Assembly (NCBI GenBank): GCA_041559015.1
Contig: JBFFED010000003.1
Span: 7,495-71,494, forward strand
Source: Thermoplasmata archaeon
Lineage (GTDB): Archaea; Thermoplasmatota; Thermoplasmata; UBA10834
Length of the DNA stretch: 64,000 nucleotides
Direction of reading: 5' to 3'
Below the pieces are notes generated by a model, which saw only the letters and a program-made list of their open reading frames with translations, searched no databases and had not been told where the DNA came from. Both the position numbers and the translations under genes were made by a program. Below, one piece after another: positions 62,049 to 64,000 of this stretch. The stretch's first letter is position 1, and every line of letters begins with the position of its first letter.

Positions 62049-63620
62049 CTACGAGGACAGCTCCAGGATGAATTCATAGGCATGCAATCCCAGCGCCGTG
62101 TCCGAATCCAAGAGCGCGGACACAGCTCCGTCCGTATGCCCCTCATCCAACAGCTCCACGGCCTCCGCCTCAGCGTCAGCGTTCCTCTCTACCGCCCCGG
62201 ACTCCCACTCCGTCAGCACGGGGGCTAGCGCAATCCATGTATCGAAGCACCCGGCCCTCAGGTGGCTCGTGGCCCTGGCGACTGTGCCTTCGACGTAGAC
62301 AGACAGGGACTCGACCAAGTCCGCCGATCGAAGGAGCAACGCGTTATGAAGCGGGAAGTAAGGTGTGTACCCCGGGTTGGCAATCGCGGTCCACATTGCC
62401 GACATGAGCGACGGGTAGTCCCCATCTATCTCGAACACGCCTGCAGCGACCGTCCTCGTGTTGCATATCGAGAATCCTGGCCATCCGAAGCCCCAGGTGC
62501 CCCAAGGCATCTCATCAAGGTGCTGCTCTATGATCTCCCACGGCTGCGAGTTGGCGTAGTCGTCCACATCGCGTGTGAAGGACATCAAGTCCTGGACGTC
62601 CACGCAGTGGTCGTTCTCCTCCAAGAGCTCGTACGCCCGGTCCATCCTCGCCACGGAGGGCACCCAGAAGTATCCGAACTCGTCGTTCACCACCCAGCTC
62701 TTGAAGGGGTCGAGCGTGTAGTGGTTCGTATGCACGCCCACGCCGTCCTCAATCTTCTCCCAGAGGGTGTCCTTCCCGTCCTCTGTCGTGTAGCAGGATG
62801 ACACGGCCTCTATGAACGCGGCGCAGTGCGCGTCTGCGACCATTACCGACGTGCCGCCGTACTTCTTCACGCTCGTGACATAGTCGATCGACTCGTCCAC
62901 GCTCGCGCAATACTCGAGCACCATCCGGTTCAGCGGGTTCTCGTCAATGCCGCCCTCGTAGAACTCGGGCACCGGCACCCAGTTGTTGCCATCGCACAGG
63001 CCGAACTCGTTCAAGCCGAACGAAATGCCCCACTCACCAACGCTCGCGACGGCCATGAAGGCGTTCCTGTCCTCGATTGCATCCACGACCAGCAGGACGT
63101 TGGGCATGTTAGCATCCCTGTTCTTTGACGCGATGGTGTTGCCGCTCTCGGAACCGGACTTCGCGGCGACGAATATGGTGCAGCCGTCGTGGTCCCGGAC
63201 CGAAGAGCCGAACATGTTCATCGCGAGCAGGGCGGCGTAGTCCGTTCCGGAGGCGTCCGCCATGGCGCGTATCTCCTCGATCATGTGGATCGGCATCGCG
63301 CCCTCGTGAGCAAGAGCCTTTCCGCAGAGTTCCGCCTTCGACATCCCCTTGCCCTCCGCAGACTCGTAGAACTGCCCCACGGCCTCCCTGACCATGGGGG
63401 CGAGCGACTTGCCATAGGTCATGCCCCGCTCTGCGGGCGTGCCTGTCAAGAACAAGACGGGCATTCCATCGACGGTCATCAGGTCCCCTTCTCCGGACTC
63501 GTTCTCGGCCATCGCCGGGACCGAATACGCCACGGAGAGCGCTATCACCAGTATCACTGCAGCCAGCACTTTGGATTCTCTCAAATCGCTACCTCCAAGC
63601 ACGCACGGATGAGGCCGCAC
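62049..63620 (-). CDS. Secreted C45-family Ntn-hydrolase (acyl-CoA:6-APA acyltransferase/carcinine-hydrolase-like)
   Basis: 523 aa with the signal peptide VLAAVILVIALSVAYSVPAMA. The autoprocessing-type site is RDHDGCTIFVA, followed by KNRD, which is typical of peptidase C45. Confidence 0.72.
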   Translation of the reverse strand: MRPHPCVLGGSDLRESKVLAAVILVIALSVAYSVPAMAENESGEGDLMTVDGMPVLFLTGTPAERGMTYGKSLAPMVREAVGQFYESAEGKGMSKAELCGKALAHEGAMPIHMIEEIRAMADASGTDYAALLAMNMFGSSVRDHDGCTIFVAAKSGSESGNTIASKNRDANMPNVLLVVDAIEDRNAFMAVASVGEWGISFGLNEFGLCDGNNWVPVPEFYEGGIDENPLNRMVLEYCASVDESIDYVTSVKKYGGTSVMVADAHCAAFIEAVSSCYTTEDGKDTLWEKIEDGVGVHTNHYTLDPFKSWVVNDEFGYFWVPSVARMDRAYELLEENDHCVDVQDLMSFTRDVDDYANSQPWEIIEQHLDEMPWGTWGFGWPGFSICNTRTVAAGVFEIDGDYPSLMSAMWTAIANPGYTPYFPLHNALLLRSADLVESLSVYVEGTVARATSHLRAGCFDTWIALAPVLTEWESGAVERNADAEAEAVELLDEGHTDGAVSALLDSDTALGLHAYEFILELSS

Positions 63621-63715
63621 GATCTTTCAGGGTCGCGTCCCGTTCCGGCACCCCCTCGAGCGTCGAAATCGATACGGGAAGTGGTTTCAAAGGTTTCCCT
63701 CCCGCTCGAAAGGGT

Positions 63716-63994
63716 TCACGCGCGGACGACGGCGAGCAGCTCGAACATCATGGTCCCGTCGAGCAGGTCCGCCATCAAGGCGAGGGCGTCCTGGGCTATC
63801 TTTCCGTCTCCGATAGTGAGCACGTAGGTCGCGCCCTCGACGTCCCCAGAGTCGAGCAGCGCTCTTGCGGTGTCCTCGTTCTCGGCGTTCTCAGCGCTCT
63901 TGTCCTCTTCCCAGTCCTCGAAGACGGGTATGAGGTCGCCCCAGTCGGCCAACGTCCTGAGGTTCATCGAGTCCTTCCACGCCCTCCCGTCCAT
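63716..63994 (-). CDS. Acidic hypothetical protein (possibly 5'-truncated by the window end)
   Basis: The ORF is 92 aa. The reading frame stays open to the window edge upstream of the ATG at 63994. No family was recognised. Confidence 0.3.
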   Translation of the reverse strand: MDGRAWKDSMNLRTLADWGDLIPVFEDWEEDKSAENAENEDTARALLDSGDVEGATYVLTIGDGKIAQDALALMADLLDGTMMFELLAVVRA

Positions 63995-64000
63995 GTAGTC

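Noticed and set aside
1-64000. Looked across the whole window for CRISPR arrays, rRNA genes, IS elements, transposases, integrases and prophage genes.
   Set aside because: I saw no regularly spaced 25-40-nt repeats, no rRNA-like conserved stretches, and no DDE, tyrosine or serine recombinase motifs. The only rearrangement scar is the ABC-gene stump at 50792..50923.

Overview
This is a high-GC archaeal chromosomal window, densely coding on both strands. Spot counts of single 60-nt lines give about 63% GC in the first 50 kb. I support about 65 protein genes and recognised no rRNA, tRNA, CRISPR array, transposase or integrase. All family calls rest on motif and architecture recognition by eye; no homology search was possible.

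Archaeal origin is inferred from an archaeal-type ThrRS with an N-terminal editing domain, ribosomal protein L10e, RNase P subunit Rpp21, Dph2, the preQ0/archaeosine genes queE-queC-queD, and a tetraether-lipid cluster. A PTA-fold MtxX-like gene and a PEF-CTERM-like sorting signal hint at a Thermoplasmatota/Methanomassiliicoccales-like euryarchaeon, but that is inference only.

Layout:
- 0-4.4 kb: leuA-leuC-leuD-leuB.
- 4.5-9 kb: an orphan wHTH/coiled-coil protein, DUF2284, a MarR-like regulator, an ACT protein and an atypical CorA.
- 9-17.6 kb: translation and tRNA/EF2-modification genes.
- 17.9-23.7 kb: a cation antiporter plus a ~1500-aa orphan membrane-anchored protein with an embedded lamin-tail domain.
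- 23.8-28.9 kb: a permease and a TrmB regulator divergent from a Tes-like radical SAM / ferredoxin / geranylgeranyl reductase cluster.
- 28.9-40 kb: envelope glycosylation genes (GT39, GT2-GtrA fusion, DedA, GT4, flippase) mixed with hutI, an aminotransferase, and PHP and GNAT proteins.
- 41-50.5 kb: a metal/metalloid/redox island (PEF-CTERM-like surface protein, znuABC-type transporter, ACR3 operon with ArsP-like permease, thioredoxin, ferredoxin and a vicinal-Cys mini-protein, and ArsR heading a Trx/CcdA disulfide-relay pair).
- 50.5-64 kb: a visibly lower-GC, accessory-looking segment. It opens with an ABC-ATPase gene stump, followed by a tandem pair of ~1100-aa paralogous alpha-solenoid proteins with a shared C-terminal beta-sandwich. 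It continues with an iron/redox trio, a second ACT paralog, small zinc-ribbon/beta proteins and a secreted C45 Ntn-hydrolase.

The best candidates for something undescribed are the tandem giant alpha-solenoid pair (51.0-57.7 kb), the LTD-containing giant protein (19.2-23.7 kb) and the ArsR-led extracytoplasmic thiol-disulfide module (47.8-50.5 kb).
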